A stretch of 64,000 nucleotides of DNA from Ignavibacteriota bacterium (GTDB taxonomy: Bacteria > Bacteroidota > Ignavibacteria > Palsa-1295): contig CAWBEI010000002.1 of assembly GCA_963787835.1 (NCBI GenBank), forward strand, positions 224,001 through 288,000, written 5' to 3'. Made by a program: the position numbers and the translations under genes. Each line of letters starts with the position of its first letter. The stretch's first letter is position 1. Under the pieces are notes generated by a model that saw only the letters and a list, made by a program, of their open reading frames with translations, searched no databases and had not been told where the DNA came from. Shown in pieces: positions 31,082 through 42,800 of the stretch.

Positions 31082-32467
31082 CTATTCTAATTCTACAATG
31101 GAAATAACGACACCGGTAAGCTGTGCATCGATAGGAGTTCCACCGGTGTAGATGGATGTAAGTGCGGGATCGACCCAATACGTGTTGCCAACGGTTAGTC
31201 CCGTAACAATGGCATTCAAGGTAAAGAACCATACGTTGTCGCCATTTGCCATGGTGGCCGTAATAGTGCTCCCGACGGCCGTACCCGAGTACGTTCCGTT
31301 TGCAGCATAGCCGTTGGCTGGTGGATAGTTGGTCCCCGTTGGGCCATAATGGATCTGGGCGCTCTCCCCAAAACCATCGGCAGTAGGATAGCCTTGTGGG
31401 AGGGTCATATTGCCAGTGATAAGGATCAGTACAACACCGCTGCCAGCAGGAGTGAACTGAGCCGTACTTCCTAAACCCATCATGACCCCGGTCGTATTGT
31501 TCGTTGTTTCCGCTGGATTCGTCGAGATCGTATATTGATGGTTGTATGGGAAGGCCGAGGTAAATCCACCCGTGGTGTTCGAAAAGATCACATTTCCTGC
31601 GCTGCCTGCAGTCGTCGGAAAGGTTGCTGATGAAGCGACGTAATCGGTCCCATTCCCAACGAGTACCTTGCCGGTACCGGCAGCGCCACCGATCTGCAAG
31701 CCCGTTCCAACATTGAGAATCCCCGCTCCCGGATCGGTGGGAGAAGTGATGCCCAACGTTGCGCCTCCACTGGCGAACACATCGAAACCACTCACATACG
31801 CTCCGCCATTCAGAGAATGTTCGAAATCGAGATACGAGGTCGTTGGGCTTGTGGATTCACTGATCGGCACAGCCTGAATGATCCAGTCTGCGGATTGACT
31901 GGCTGCGGCCCACCCCTGGCCGGTAAAATGCACCCGAGGTGCGTATTCCTGCGTGCCGGATGCCGCAGTGGTGGTATTCTCCAACAGGAGTGCATCCACC
32001 GGACTGGCTGCTGTTGATGTCAATGAAACGGTCTGAGCAGCAGACCACAAATTGCTGTGCGCAAGGTTCAGTGCTAGGTTCGACGTAATTCCATTGCCCG
32101 TGAGCAAGGCATCCGTCGAGAATGCAGTCCACCCGACAACACTGCTGTTGTTGGTAGTTGAAAACGTGTTGGCCGTTCCTGGGGTTAGGTCCGTGACGGG
32201 GGTGGGAATCACCCAGCTACATCCGCCGGTCGTGGTATTCGTAATCTGAAGCACTCCGCTGGCATTCGTGCCAGGGAACATGACAGGAATGCTTGCGCTC
32301 AAGGTCGGGGAAGAGATCGTCAGGGTATTCGTAAGATCCGTTCCGTTCCCAGCAAGCGTGATCGATTTCGCATACATCTTATCGAACGCTTGCGCATAAC
32401 TCCCCTGGCTCGTGCCAAGCAGAATGAGCACAATGGCTGCGACTCCAATAATGATCTTATGCGTCAT
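31082..32467 (-). CDS. Secreted fibre-like protein (YDK tag, head type 1), 461 aa
   Basis: Signal peptide then AQAFDKMYAKSITLAG; shares the QEYAPR.H..G.GW...DWI.Q block; ends VISIVELE. Confidence 0.8.
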   Translation of the reverse strand: MTHKIIIGVAAIVLILLGTSQGSYAQAFDKMYAKSITLAGNGTDLTNTLTISSPTLSASIPVMFPGTNASGVLQITNTTTGGCSWVIPTPVTDLTPGTANTFSTTNNSSVVGWTAFSTDALLTGNGITSNLALNLAHSNLWSAAQTVSLTSTAASPVDALLLENTTTAASGTQEYAPRVHFTGQGWAAASQSADWIIQAVPISESTSPTTSYLDFEHSLNGGAYVSGFDVFASGGATLGITSPTDPGAGILNVGTGLQIGGAAGTGKVLVGNGTDYVASSATFPTTAGSAGNVIFSNTTGGFTSAFPYNHQYTISTNPAETTNNTTGVMMGLGSTAQFTPAGSGVVLILITGNMTLPQGYPTADGFGESAQIHYGPTGTNYPPANGYAANGTYSGTAVGSTITATMANGDNVWFFTLNAIVTGLTVGNTYWVDPALTSIYTGGTPIDAQLTGVVISIVELE

Positions 32468-32473
32468 GGCCGT

Positions 32474-33814
32474 TCAAAATTCTATCACCGTGATCGTTAC
32501 GTTGTTGATGCTCGACGTAAAGGAAGTGGCTTCCGCCGTTAGATCAAGATCGATCCAGTAGGTGTTTGTGGATGACAATCCGGTAACAACGCTGGTTGCA
32601 CTGAAAAAAAAGTAGTTGTCCGCGCTATAACTCTGCTCGGAAACCAAAGAGCCAGTGGTGGTTCCCACAGGGCCTGTGGTTTGGTAGGTCGGGGCAGCAC
32701 CGGTCCCGAAGCAGATCTGTGCAGTCGAAATATCCGGGGGATTTCCGCTGCTGTTCCACAAATTCCCGGTGGCGATAATGAGCACCGTACCACTGAGCGA
32801 CGGTTTGAAGGTCGCAGTCCCCCCAAATCCAAGCATAACATTATCTTTACTGTTCGTAGTCACATACGGGCCAGCGGTGAAGGTAAAGTTCGTGGCATTG
32901 GGTGCGCCGGAAATAAAATTCGTACCGTCGGACCGAAGAATATTCCCGCTTGCGCCAGCCGACGCGGGGTAGGTTGCTGTGGAGGGAACGAAGTCCGTGC
33001 CGTTCCCGATCAACAGAGTTCCATTCGCCGCTGCGCCGTTAACTTTAATACCCGTGCCAAAACTTAATACTCCGCTGCCGGGGTCCGTCGGGGATGCAAT
33101 CCCGAGCGTGGCGCCACTGCTTGAAAAAAGATCGAAATCCGATGAATACCCGCCCGTACCGTTTTGTTGATCCTCGATGTCGAGATAGGAAGAGGTCGGA
33201 CTGCTGGAAGAATTGACAGGCACCACCTGCGCGATCCAGTCGATCGCTTCGCTCGAACCACCCCATCCCCGACCGTTCCAATGCAGGCGCGGCGAATATT
33301 CCTGCGTACCGGATGCTGCGGGAGTAGTATTGCTAAGCACAATTCCATCGGTCGAAGTGGCGCCGATGCTTTGAGATGAACCTTGCGCGGCCGTCCAGAC
33401 ATTCGTATGCGTGAGAATCATCGCAAGCGCCGTACTGACCCCGTTTCCGGTCAGCGTTACGCCATCGACGCCGAGCGAAGCCCATGCGATAGCGCTGCTG
33501 TTGTTGGTGATGAGAAACTGGTTTGCAGAACCGGTTGGAATATCACCCACAGGAAGCCCACTCCACGATAGCCCGCCGGAACCATTATTGACGAGCGCAC
33601 CCGCTGCGTTCGATGCCGGAAGCGTGAGTGTGATCGAACTGGTGGGGGTAGCTGCTGAGATCGTGAGCTTATTCGCCGTGCTCGTGCCGCCGCCAGCGAG
33701 AATGAGCGATTGAGCATATTTTTTATCGTACGCCTGGGCGCCAGCTCGCGTCGATATCCCTGCCGCAAATGCGAGCAGGGCTAAGCCAACCACGGCAAGG
33801 TTATTCACTTTCAT
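32474..33814 (-). CDS. Secreted fibre-like protein (YDK tag, head type 1), 446 aa
   Basis: Signal peptide then AQAYDKKYAQSLILAG; ends VTITVIEF. Confidence 0.8.
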   Translation of the reverse strand: MKVNNLAVVGLALLAFAAGISTRAGAQAYDKKYAQSLILAGGGTSTANKLTISAATPTSSITLTLPASNAAGALVNNGSGGLSWSGLPVGDIPTGSANQFLITNNSSAIAWASLGVDGVTLTGNGVSTALAMILTHTNVWTAAQGSSQSIGATSTDGIVLSNTTPAASGTQEYSPRLHWNGRGWGGSSEAIDWIAQVVPVNSSSSPTSSYLDIEDQQNGTGGYSSDFDLFSSSGATLGIASPTDPGSGVLSFGTGIKVNGAAANGTLLIGNGTDFVPSTATYPASAGASGNILRSDGTNFISGAPNATNFTFTAGPYVTTNSKDNVMLGFGGTATFKPSLSGTVLIIATGNLWNSSGNPPDISTAQICFGTGAAPTYQTTGPVGTTTGSLVSEQSYSADNYFFFSATSVVTGLSSTNTYWIDLDLTAEATSFTSSINNVTITVIEF

Positions 33815-34014
33815 GTGTTAGTGTACGATCCTGCGAATGATGTGGAACATCCCAGGACTTGGGGAAAAATCGTTCTTTCGATCAATTGCCAACGTTCGAG
33901 CAGCAATAAGCGAGTTATGCCATCCCCTGATTCAGCAACCTGATATCAAACGCTCTGGGGTGGTAATAGGTTTTCAGCCATTGTACAGTTCATAGAATGA
34001 AAATATTCCTATTG

Positions 34015-34446
34015 CTATTCAAGTTCAAACTGCTGCCATTGATGATCGAACCCGAACATTAGCAAATGAGTCTGCTGCCCTAACATTCCTTTTACCTGGG
34101 GATGATCGGATCGGTCAAAGAACAGCCGGAAAAACATTCTATTATGTGCGGAATTATCGCAAATCAGGATAAGGAATGTTCCGGGAGCCACATTATCCGT
34201 AGGAAGATAAACCGATACCACTCGGCTCGGCGTATCGTTTAACACCGGCAATCCGTTCAGCAAGTGCTGAACAGGCGGATAGGAATTAAGTTCTTTATCT
34301 TCGGTGAGTGTATATTGTGCCGAAGGAAATACAAAAGGCCCGCCGCCCGATGAAACGGAGATCGGAGGCGGAATCGTGCGCGGTGCGGAGCAACCGCTCC
34401 ACACACAGGTTGCAACAGTGAAAAGCCCTGCCGCCATTCTAGACAT
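34015..34446 (-). CDS. Small hypothetical lipoprotein inside the fibre array
   Basis: ATG 34446 lies 14 nt after the upstream stop; MSRMAAGLFTVATCVWSGC lipobox-like signal. Confidence 0.6.
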   Translation of the reverse strand: MSRMAAGLFTVATCVWSGCSAPRTIPPPISVSSGGGPFVFPSAQYTLTEDKELNSYPPVQHLLNGLPVLNDTPSRVVSVYLPTDNVAPGTFLILICDNSAHNRMFFRLFFDRSDHPQVKGMLGQQTHLLMFGFDHQWQQFELE

Positions 34447-34460
34447 GTAGGGCAATCCTC

Positions 34461-36149
34461 TTATGGCAGTTCTATAACCGTGAACTGCACATTGTTCAAG
34501 GCCGAGCCCTGGCACCCACTCGCCCAGGTAGTCCAACCGTCAATCCAATAGGAGTGACCAACGGTCAAGCCGCTAACATAGGCGCTGACACAGAACGGCG
34601 CCTGCTCATCATGCTGACCAGACTCGACAGAAATAGTGCAAAGAGGTCCTAATGACGTTGCTGTTGAAGTAGCTGGTGTGGTACCCGCATGAGTTGGTGC
34701 TACATTCGTGGCGGCATCCTCATAATACATTTGGACCGCCGCTAAGGCGGTGGCTGTGCTGCTGCTGCTATTGGACATAAACAAATTTCCGGTGATGTTT
34801 ATGAGAAACCTTCCCGTCGATTTTGGCGTGAACGTATAGCTAGCCGAGTGTGAAAGCCCGACCCATTGCCCACTGGTCGTGGTATCATTACCTGGAGATG
34901 CGATGTTCGTGGACTGGTTATAATACTGCGGCGGTGAAGTGCTGCTGTTCCACTGCATGGTCACGGTATTACCCGTGATGTTTGAAACCTCCATTAATTG
35001 GCCGACTGCAGTAGGACCAGCAGCGGGAAGGATGTACGTGTATCCCGTAGTAGCCGCACCACCCTGAATCGTGGTTACAGTGGTTCCCGCCGTGGAATTT
35101 GCAAGGGCAAGAGATCCAGTCGTCGATGCAGCCTTGCCAAGGGTAAGCGCACCGGCAGAAGAAACCGACCAGTTCGAACTGGTGCCGAGGATATCCGTAT
35201 TGGTCGTCCCACCGGTAACATTGAGCGTGAGTCCGGTATTCGTTGCCGTGGTACCACTCCACGATCCGGTGGAACTTAAAGAAAGACCGGTCTTCGCAAT
35301 GCTTGTCGTGCTGCTGGTTGCATCGTTCAGGATGGTCGCTTCAGTGAAGGCGGTCGTCTTAGCAGGAGCGCCAGCCGTAACATCGAACCCTGCGCTGGTT
35401 TGCGCGGTGTATTGATTCGCGATAAAAGCGCCAGTCACGTCAGCAGCGACCAGCGAACGGAACGTTGGTGCCCCTGCTGATCCATTTGGCGCAGCAAATA
35501 CTGTGTTCGCCGCCTCAGAAGCCAGCGTGCCTGTTAATGTGCCCGTCGTAGTGACTGGGGAACCTGATATGGTAAAGATCGAGGGAAGTGCAAGGGCTAC
35601 GCTTGTCACGCCGGTATTAGCTATGGAGATGGAGCCGACGCCGTTCGTCACCGATACTCCGGTTCCTGCTGTAAGAGTGGTGAGCGAGTAATTCGTACCA
35701 TTCCCGATGAGCAGCTGACCGTTCGTAGGTGTCGTCGTCAGCCCCGTGCCGCCATTAGCGACCGGCAGTGCTGTGCCAGAAAGGGTTAACGCAAGCGTGC
35801 CGTTACTCGTGATCGGAGAACCACTGATCGAAAGGAAACTCGGAACCGTCATAGCAACTGAAGTGACAGTACCAATCGCCGACGTGGACCACGTTAGCCC
35901 ACCCGTTGTAGTATTAGAAACAAGGGCCAAACCGGTGGAACCCGGCAACGCCGCTGGCAGGGTAAGCGAGAAAGCTGTAGTCGGCGTCGGAGCAAGGATG
36001 GTGACCGTATGAACAACATCCGCCTGACTCCCTGCGAGCGTGATCGATTTAGCATACTCTTTATCCACTGCTTGTGCATGGGCACGCCCAGCCATGCCCA
36101 CTACCGCAGCGAGCATGATCAAATATACAAAGAAATGTTTGGTCTTCAT
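34461..36149 (-). CDS. Secreted fibre-like protein (YDK tag, head type 1), 562 aa
   Basis: AQAVDKEYAKSITLAG; tail-fibre-like GTVTSVAMTVPSFLS...LPVANGGTG...GQLLIGNG; ends VQFTVIELP. Confidence 0.82.
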   Translation of the reverse strand: MKTKHFFVYLIMLAAVVGMAGRAHAQAVDKEYAKSITLAGSQADVVHTVTILAPTPTTAFSLTLPAALPGSTGLALVSNTTTGGLTWSTSAIGTVTSVAMTVPSFLSISGSPITSNGTLALTLSGTALPVANGGTGLTTTPTNGQLLIGNGTNYSLTTLTAGTGVSVTNGVGSISIANTGVTSVALALPSIFTISGSPVTTTGTLTGTLASEAANTVFAAPNGSAGAPTFRSLVAADVTGAFIANQYTAQTSAGFDVTAGAPAKTTAFTEATILNDATSSTTSIAKTGLSLSSTGSWSGTTATNTGLTLNVTGGTTNTDILGTSSNWSVSSAGALTLGKAASTTGSLALANSTAGTTVTTIQGGAATTGYTYILPAAGPTAVGQLMEVSNITGNTVTMQWNSSTSPPQYYNQSTNIASPGNDTTTSGQWVGLSHSASYTFTPKSTGRFLINITGNLFMSNSSSSTATALAAVQMYYEDAATNVAPTHAGTTPATSTATSLGPLCTISVESGQHDEQAPFCVSAYVSGLTVGHSYWIDGWTTWASGCQGSALNNVQFTVIELP

Positions 36150-36191
36150 GTATTAATTTTTACCGTTAATTCCGAAGATCTGACAGGATGC

Positions 36192-39100
36192 TTATTTGGA
36201 TGAGACCACTCTCCACCCGCCGGTAGTATTATAGGTGGAATCATAGATCAATGTCAATATTCCGTCGGGCGCGAGGATCAGGCTATTACCGCTACCACCG
36301 ACGAGATGAATCACGTCCCCAGCCGTACCTGCATCACTATTGAAAGTGATATTATAACTGCCCGTATTCACTAGGATCATGACGCGACCGTCCGCGCCAC
36401 CTGTGATACCGTTTACAGTAGCTCCCGACGGACCTCCTGCGGAAATTTTGAAATAGCTGTTGGTTGTGCTTAACGCCCAGGCATTAGTGCTGCTACCGCT
36501 GGTTAGTTGCGTTGGGCTGTTAGAAGTCAGCGCCGCGCCACCGAATGTTTGGGTACCGGTCCAGGTGTTAGCATTGGTAAGATTGATGCCGAGTTCATGC
36601 GCTGCAACGGTGCCTACCTGCAAGGTTGCATCGTAATTGAGCACATCCGCATTCAGGGTTTTATTAGCGGTGGAACTATTCACCGAACTCACAAGCGCTG
36701 CAGCCTGCGCCGCCGTCGTTGGGAGGGTTTGTGTACCGGTCCAAGTATTAGCATGAGTGACATCAAGCGTGAGCGTAGTGGTTCCACCAAGGGCAACCGA
36801 ACCGCCGCCGGCCAAACCAGAACCCGCCGTGACCGTAAGGCTCGGATTTGCAAGTGCTGAGTTCGGAACCGCAGAAGCGTTGATCGTCACCGCGCCTGTT
36901 CCTCCGCTTAAGCTGATACCCGTGCCAGCGACTGCGGAAGTTACACCTGTATTAGAAAGTGTTACCGTACCGCCAAGCGAAACCGGCGAACCCGATACCC
37001 CAAGACCCGTACCGCCTGTCACCGTGATGCTCGAATTGGCAAGCGCAGAGTTCGGAACCGACGTCGCGTTGACCGTGATCGACCCAGCGCCGTTCGTGAT
37101 TGAAATTCCCGTGCCACTCGTAAGTGTTCCAAGCGAAAGAGTATTACCCGTCGTGTTGCCGATCAGCAACTGGCCGTTCGTGTAAGAGGTCTGACCCGTG
37201 CCGCCATTGGCAACCGGAAGGGCTGTGCCCGAAAGTGTTACTCCAAAGGTGCCACTTGATGTAATCGTTGCAGGAGAAACGGAAAGAAATGTTGGAACCG
37301 TCATGCCGACCGAAGTGACCGACCCGCTATTCGTAGTATTCAGCACTGTACCCGTAAAACTGAGACCCGAGCCAAGCGTGATTTCCTCCGGAACCTGATT
37401 TGTAGAGGCCGTCGGATTACCGAGTAGCGTAGTGTGCGTCTCGCTCTGCATCTTGGCATAAGTAACCTTATTCGCCCCGATCGTAATGAGACCGGCATCG
37501 GTAATCGTCGCATCACCGCTCATTGCAACAGGGTTCCACGCAGGTGTGGATGAATTATAGATGAGCATGTTTGCATCTGCCACGCTTGCCATCGAACCGA
37601 GTGGGGATCCGTTGATCTTCTTTACAGCCGTTGTGCCCTGCGGTCCCGTTACATCACCGGCGAGATTACCACTGAAATTCGTTGCCGTAGTTCCTGCGGG
37701 AAGCGTCACGGTTCCCGTGAAGTTCACCGTGCCAGCAACCGTAGTGTTGCTCGGGCCGGTGTTATTGCCAATGTTAATGTTCATGGCACCGGAGGTATCG
37801 CCAATATTGATAGGATTCGTACCGGTCACATCGATATCGGTCGCTCCTCCCGTTGTGCGCAGCGTTCCAGTGTTGTTAAAGCTGGTATTCGAGGTCAGTG
37901 TGGTGAAAGCACCCGTGCCTGGAGTGGTTGCACCGACCGTGCCATTGAATGCTCCCGCGATGTTGTTGCTCGCGTTCGTGGCTGTGACGGCACCGGTGAG
38001 CGTTGAAGCATTGGTAACCGTGAGGCCTGTGCCTGCGCCATTGAAGGTAGCATCTCCGCCAACCGTCATGGCATTCGCTACGGCAAATGTTGTTGCATGA
38101 GAACCGTTGACCGTTGCCTGTGCTACGTGTGTCGAGGTGTTCTGAAGCGTCACGTCCTGCGTCATCATCGCGGTATCGGCAGTGGCCGAAGTAGCATCGC
38201 CGATGAAAATATCATTCTTCGCTAAACCGAGAGATGAGGAGGATAACGAACCTGCGGGAAGCGTCACCGTGCCAGTGAAGTTAACCGTGCCGGCAAGCGT
38301 GGTCACGCTCGGGCCGGTATTATTGCCAATGTTGATGTTCATGGCACCGGAGGTATCGCCAATATTGATGGGATTTGTGCCCGTCGTACTGATATCTGTC
38401 GTTCCCGTAGTGCGCAGCGTTCCGGTCGTTTGGATGCTTCCGGTCGTATTGATCACCGTCGAACCGCCGATATTGCCGGCGCCCGTGATCTGTGCTGCCG
38501 GATAGGTCAGTCCGCTCGGGAGCGTCTGTGACCATTGCGGCGTGCCGATCGGAGATGCCGCATTAGTGATAAGAACCGAATTAGCCGATGGGGCAAGTGG
38601 CGTAGCTACGTTGCTCGTATTGCCGACCAACATATATTGATTGGTAAGCCCGATAGAACCCGCTGTAACTGAACCGGAAGGTAACGTAACCGTGCCCGTG
38701 AAACTTACGGCACCGGCGAGATATGTGGTGCTGCTGTCGCCGGGACTGCCAGCGCTGCCGTTATTACCGATGGTAACCACACCGCCTGTGCCCGCAGTCG
38801 CATCGATACTCGTGTTCGCAGCCGGCGCTGAAGCCGGGCTGTTAATATTTGTGTTGCCATAGACATTGGTCGTGCTCGTGCTGTTACCAATGTTGTTCGT
38901 TCCACCCGTCGCGCTGTTATCAATATTGGTGGTCGGATTCGAACCGCTGTTATTGAGGCCACCACCGCTCGGTGTGAGGATTCCACCTGTGAAGCTTGCC
39001 TGACCGGTATTCGTAACATACCATGAATCACCTGTGATGTCATTCACACCGGAACCCGGCGTGGCAGCATTCGACAGGGTAAGCGGCGTTCCAGATCCAG

Positions 39101-39644
39101 CACCACTTGCTGGGGTGTTAATCGTTTGCTTAGCCGTCCATGTGTTAGAATTCGCAAGGTTGATACCAAGTTTATTTGAACTAACCGTCAATGTGGAATT
39201 GATGTTGAGGACATTAGCATCTAACGAGCCAACAGCAACTTGACCTGTTCCACTGCCATAGTTATTGAGCGCGCCAACAATATCCGTTCCAGCAGTATTT
39301 TCAATGACTGTCGCCAGGGAGGTTCCCCCAACATCACCGGATAAGTTCACAGTGAGTCCGGAGGCTGGGTTGGTCCAGCTAAGACCGCCCGTCGTGGTGT
39401 TCATGGTAAGGACATATCCGACAACGCCACCAGGCTCCGTGCCAGGGAACGTCAGCGTGAACGATCCTGCGGCCGGAGTCGCCGCCGAGATCGAAAGCGT
39501 GTGCTTCGTATCCGTCCCATTGCCGGCGAGGACCACCCCTGTGGCATGAACGGAATCGTAGGTTTGAGAAAAGGCGCGAGGGGCAATGCCAGCCAGTAAG
39601 GCAAGCGTCACCGCAACCGTCAAAAAAGTGATCTTGTTTTTCAT
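36192..39644 (-). CDS. Large secreted fibre-like protein (head type 2), about 1150 aa
   Basis: MKNKITF signal, SQTYDSVHATGVVLAG; internal repeats; ends LIYDSTYNTTGGWRVVSSK. Confidence 0.85.
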   Translation of the reverse strand: MKNKITFLTVAVTLALLAGIAPRAFSQTYDSVHATGVVLAGNGTDTKHTLSISAATPAAGSFTLTFPGTEPGGVVGYVLTMNTTTGGLSWTNPASGLTVNLSGDVGGTSLATVIENTAGTDIVGALNNYGSGTGQVAVGSLDANVLNINSTLTVSSNKLGINLANSNTWTAKQTINTPASGAGSGTPLTLSNAATPGSGVNDITGDSWYVTNTGQASFTGGILTPSGGGLNNSGSNPTTNIDNSATGGTNNIGNSTSTTNVYGNTNINSPASAPAANTSIDATAGTGGVVTIGNNGSAGSPGDSSTTYLAGAVSFTGTVTLPSGSVTAGSIGLTNQYMLVGNTSNVATPLAPSANSVLITNAASPIGTPQWSQTLPSGLTYPAAQITGAGNIGGSTVINTTGSIQTTGTLRTTGTTDISTTGTNPINIGDTSGAMNINIGNNTGPSVTTLAGTVNFTGTVTLPAGSLSSSSLGLAKNDIFIGDATSATADTAMMTQDVTLQNTSTHVAQATVNGSHATTFAVANAMTVGGDATFNGAGTGLTVTNASTLTGAVTATNASNNIAGAFNGTVGATTPGTGAFTTLTSNTSFNNTGTLRTTGGATDIDVTGTNPINIGDTSGAMNINIGNNTGPSNTTVAGTVNFTGTVTLPAGTTATNFSGNLAGDVTGPQGTTAVKKINGSPLGSMASVADANMLIYNSSTPAWNPVAMSGDATITDAGLITIGANKVTYAKMQSETHTTLLGNPTASTNQVPEEITLGSGLSFTGTVLNTTNSGSVTSVGMTVPTFLSVSPATITSSGTFGVTLSGTALPVANGGTGQTSYTNGQLLIGNTTGNTLSLGTLTSGTGISITNGAGSITVNATSVPNSALANSSITVTGGTGLGVSGSPVSLGGTVTLSNTGVTSAVAGTGISLSGGTGAVTINASAVPNSALANPSLTVTAGSGLAGGGSVALGGTTTLTLDVTHANTWTGTQTLPTTAAQAAALVSSVNSSTANKTLNADVLNYDATLQVGTVAAHELGINLTNANTWTGTQTFGGAALTSNSPTQLTSGSSTNAWALSTTNSYFKISAGGPSGATVNGITGGADGRVMILVNTGSYNITFNSDAGTAGDVIHLVGGSGNSLILAPDGILTLIYDSTYNTTGGWRVVSSK

Positions 39645-39780
39645 TGCACTATTCTGAATCATATGGTTGGGACCCTGCTCGCGCACAACGTCCCCTGAAA
39701 ATTAAATTCCAAAAAATCGTTCAACTACTAATAACCGTGTCGTGATCTATTGGAAAAAGATCCCGAGGATCCGGGCCGCA

Positions 39781-39806
39781 GCAGCACATCGTTGATGATG
39801 TGCTGC
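39781..39806. other. Intergenic perfect 10-bp stem-loop
   Basis: gcagcacatc-gttgat-gatgtgctgc with partial outer pairing, between two fibre genes; no U-tract. Confidence 0.6.
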
Positions 39807-39872
39807 AATGCGCGACCCGATCTCTTCGATATTCATTTCCATTACTCTTATCCTTCGATGCGTCGATCGCGA

Positions 39873-42800
39873 TTACTCCGCACCGATAAGACGCCACTTC
39901 GAACCGTCATAGATGAGCGTGACGGATCCACCGGGTGTCATAATCACATCACCGCCGTTAAGGACAAGGCTACCGTTGCTATGCAGCGTGATGTTGTTCG
40001 TTGGGTCGGTATTCACAAGCGTGATGATCTGACCCGCCGTCGTATTCGCACCCGTAATACTGTTAACCGTAACCGGCGCTGCCGTAGCTGTTAGCAGGTA
40101 AGCCGAATTGCTGGTGGTAAGCGTAAGCGTTGCCGCTGCAGCAACCGTTGCAGACGAAAGAGCCGTGCTTCCGAGGGTTGTCTGGCCAACCGCCGTAAGA
40201 GTTCCATTTAGCTGCGTAGCGTTCGTAACGGTAAAGCCACTTGCGCCGCTTGCTGCGGAAACAGTTACCTTCCCAACATCAGGTGTACCCGCCGTGAAAA
40301 CGATCCCGGCATCACCCGTCATCCCAACGTCCTCGGCATCACTGCTGGCATTGCCAACAAACAGATGACTGGTCGTCAGGCTAAGTGAACTCGGCGTTAC
40401 CGAACCCGCAGGCAACTTGACGGTACCTGTAAAATCGACATTGCCAGTAAGATTTACATCGCCATTGATGGTGGTTAAGCTGCTATCGAGTGTTCCGATT
40501 GTATGAGCTGTCCCGTTGTTACCAATGTTGATGTTTCCGAGCGTTGTTCCTGTACCCGCGTTAATGTTCGTGGTTCCCGTTGCACCGGCTGGGGACGGTA
40601 CATCGATCGTCGTGTTGCCCGTCGAGGTAACCGTGGAGAACGTCTGCAACGTGCTCCAGGAGTTACTATAAGCATCGTTGATGCTCAAGGTCGTACCAGA
40701 GCCAAGAACTGCAGAACCTCCACCGGAAAGTCCCGAACCGGCAGTGACCGTCGTCGCATCGTTCGCAAGATCGCCGTTCGTAACAGCCGAAGGTTGGATG
40801 GTCGTTTTGCCGGTGTTGTCAATATGCACATCACCACTCATCGCAACGCCTGTCGCTATGCTGGGAGTCGCGCCGTTGCCAACGAAGATGTCGGCAGAGG
40901 CAAGGCCGAGGTTAAGATCGCCGGCCGGGATATTCACGGCACCCGTGAAATTCACTGCGCCGGCGATATTCGTCGTGCTGCTGTCGCCAGGGTTTCCGAC
41001 GCTACCGTTGTTACCAATGTTGATCACGCCCTCGCTGCCCACTCCAGCATCGAGGTTTGTCGTGGAATTTACGATGCTGCCGGTAGTTGAGTTGTTAATG
41101 TTCGTATTCGCACCGTTGATCGTCGTCGTGCTACCAGTACCAGATGAGCCGATCGTGTTCGAGATATTGGAGGCATTACCATCCGATGTGTTCACGCCAC
41201 CGTTGAAGGTCGCTACACCCGTGTTTGTAACGTTCCATGTGTTGCCAGTGCCGCTAACATCGAGTGACGTGCCTGAAACATCCGTGTTATTCAAAGACAG
41301 CGCTGCACCCGCGACTCCGTTGGTACTACTCGAAGCCGTAAGCGTTGGGATCGTTAAGTCGCTTGGAAGCGTCGTTGCCCATTCTGGCGTGGTGTGGTCG
41401 CTTCCAGCTGTGATGAACACCGAATTGGAAGATGGCGCAAGTGGCGCAGCCACGTTCGGAGTTCCGTTGTTGCCTACAAAGATGTTCTCATACGCAAGGC
41501 CGAGGTTAAGATCGCCGGCAGGAATATTAACCGCGCCAGTGAAATTAACCGTGCCAGCCATATTCGTCGTGCTGCTGTCGCCAGGGGTTGTCCCACCGTT
41601 GTTACCGATGTTGATCACACCTTCAGTGCCAGTTCCCGCATCGATGTTAGTCGTCGAGTTTACGACCGTATTGGCAGGCGAGTTGTTGAGGTTGGCATTC
41701 CCCGTCTCAGTCAAACCACCATTGAACGTCTGCAAGGTGCTCCAGGTGTTCCCATAAGCATCGTTAATGCTCAAGGTCGTACCAGAGCCAAGAACTGCAG
41801 AACCTCCACCGGAAAGTCCCGAACCGGCAGTGACCGTCGTCGCATCGTTCGCAAGATCGCCGTTCGTAACAGCCGAAGGTTGGATGGTCGTTTTGCCGGT
41901 GTTGTCAATATGTACGTCACCGCTCATCGCAACGCCTGTTGCTATGCTGGGAGTAGCGCCGTTGCCAACGAAGATGTCGGCAGAGGCAAGGCCGAGGTTA
42001 AGATCGCCCGCTGGGATATTCACCGTTCCAGTGAAATTAACTGCACCAGCAAGATAGGTTGTGCTGCTGTCGCTGTAAGGAGGTGTAGCACCGGCAGTGC
42101 CGTTGTTACCAATCGTGACGACCCCCATCGAGCCCGTCGCGTCGATGTCTGTATTATTATCCGGCCCTGTTGCTGGGCTGTTAATATTCGTGTTGCCCAG
42201 CACAGTGGTCGTGCTCGGGCCGGCGCTATTGCCAATGTTAATGTTCATGGCGCCGGAGGTATCACCAATATTGACAGGACTCGTACCCGTCGTATTGATA
42301 TCTGCCGCTCCTCCTCCAGTAGTGCGAAGGATTCCGGTTGTCTGGATGCTACCCGTCGTGTTGATAACCGTCGAACCGCCGATATTGCCAGCGCCGGTGA
42401 TCTGTGCAGCCGGGTAGGTCAATCCGCTCGGAAGCGTCTGAGACCATTGCGGCGTGCCGATCGGAGATGCCGCATTGGTGATAAGAACCGAATTGGCCGA
42501 TGGCGCAAGTGGCGTAGCATCGTTGCTTGTATTACCAACCAACATGTATTGATTGGTAAGCCCGATCGAACCTGCCGTGACCGAGCCGGAAGGCAATTGA
42601 ACCGTTCCAGTGAAATCAACCGCACCGGCGAGATACGTCGTGCTGCTATCTCCGGAACCAGTGCCATTATTACCAATTGTTACGACGCCCTTATCGCCAG
42701 TCGCATCAATGTCGGTGTTAGCATCCGGCCCCGTAACTGGGCTGTTAATATTCGTGTTGCCATAGACATTGGTTGTGCTCGTGCTGTTACCAATGTTGTT

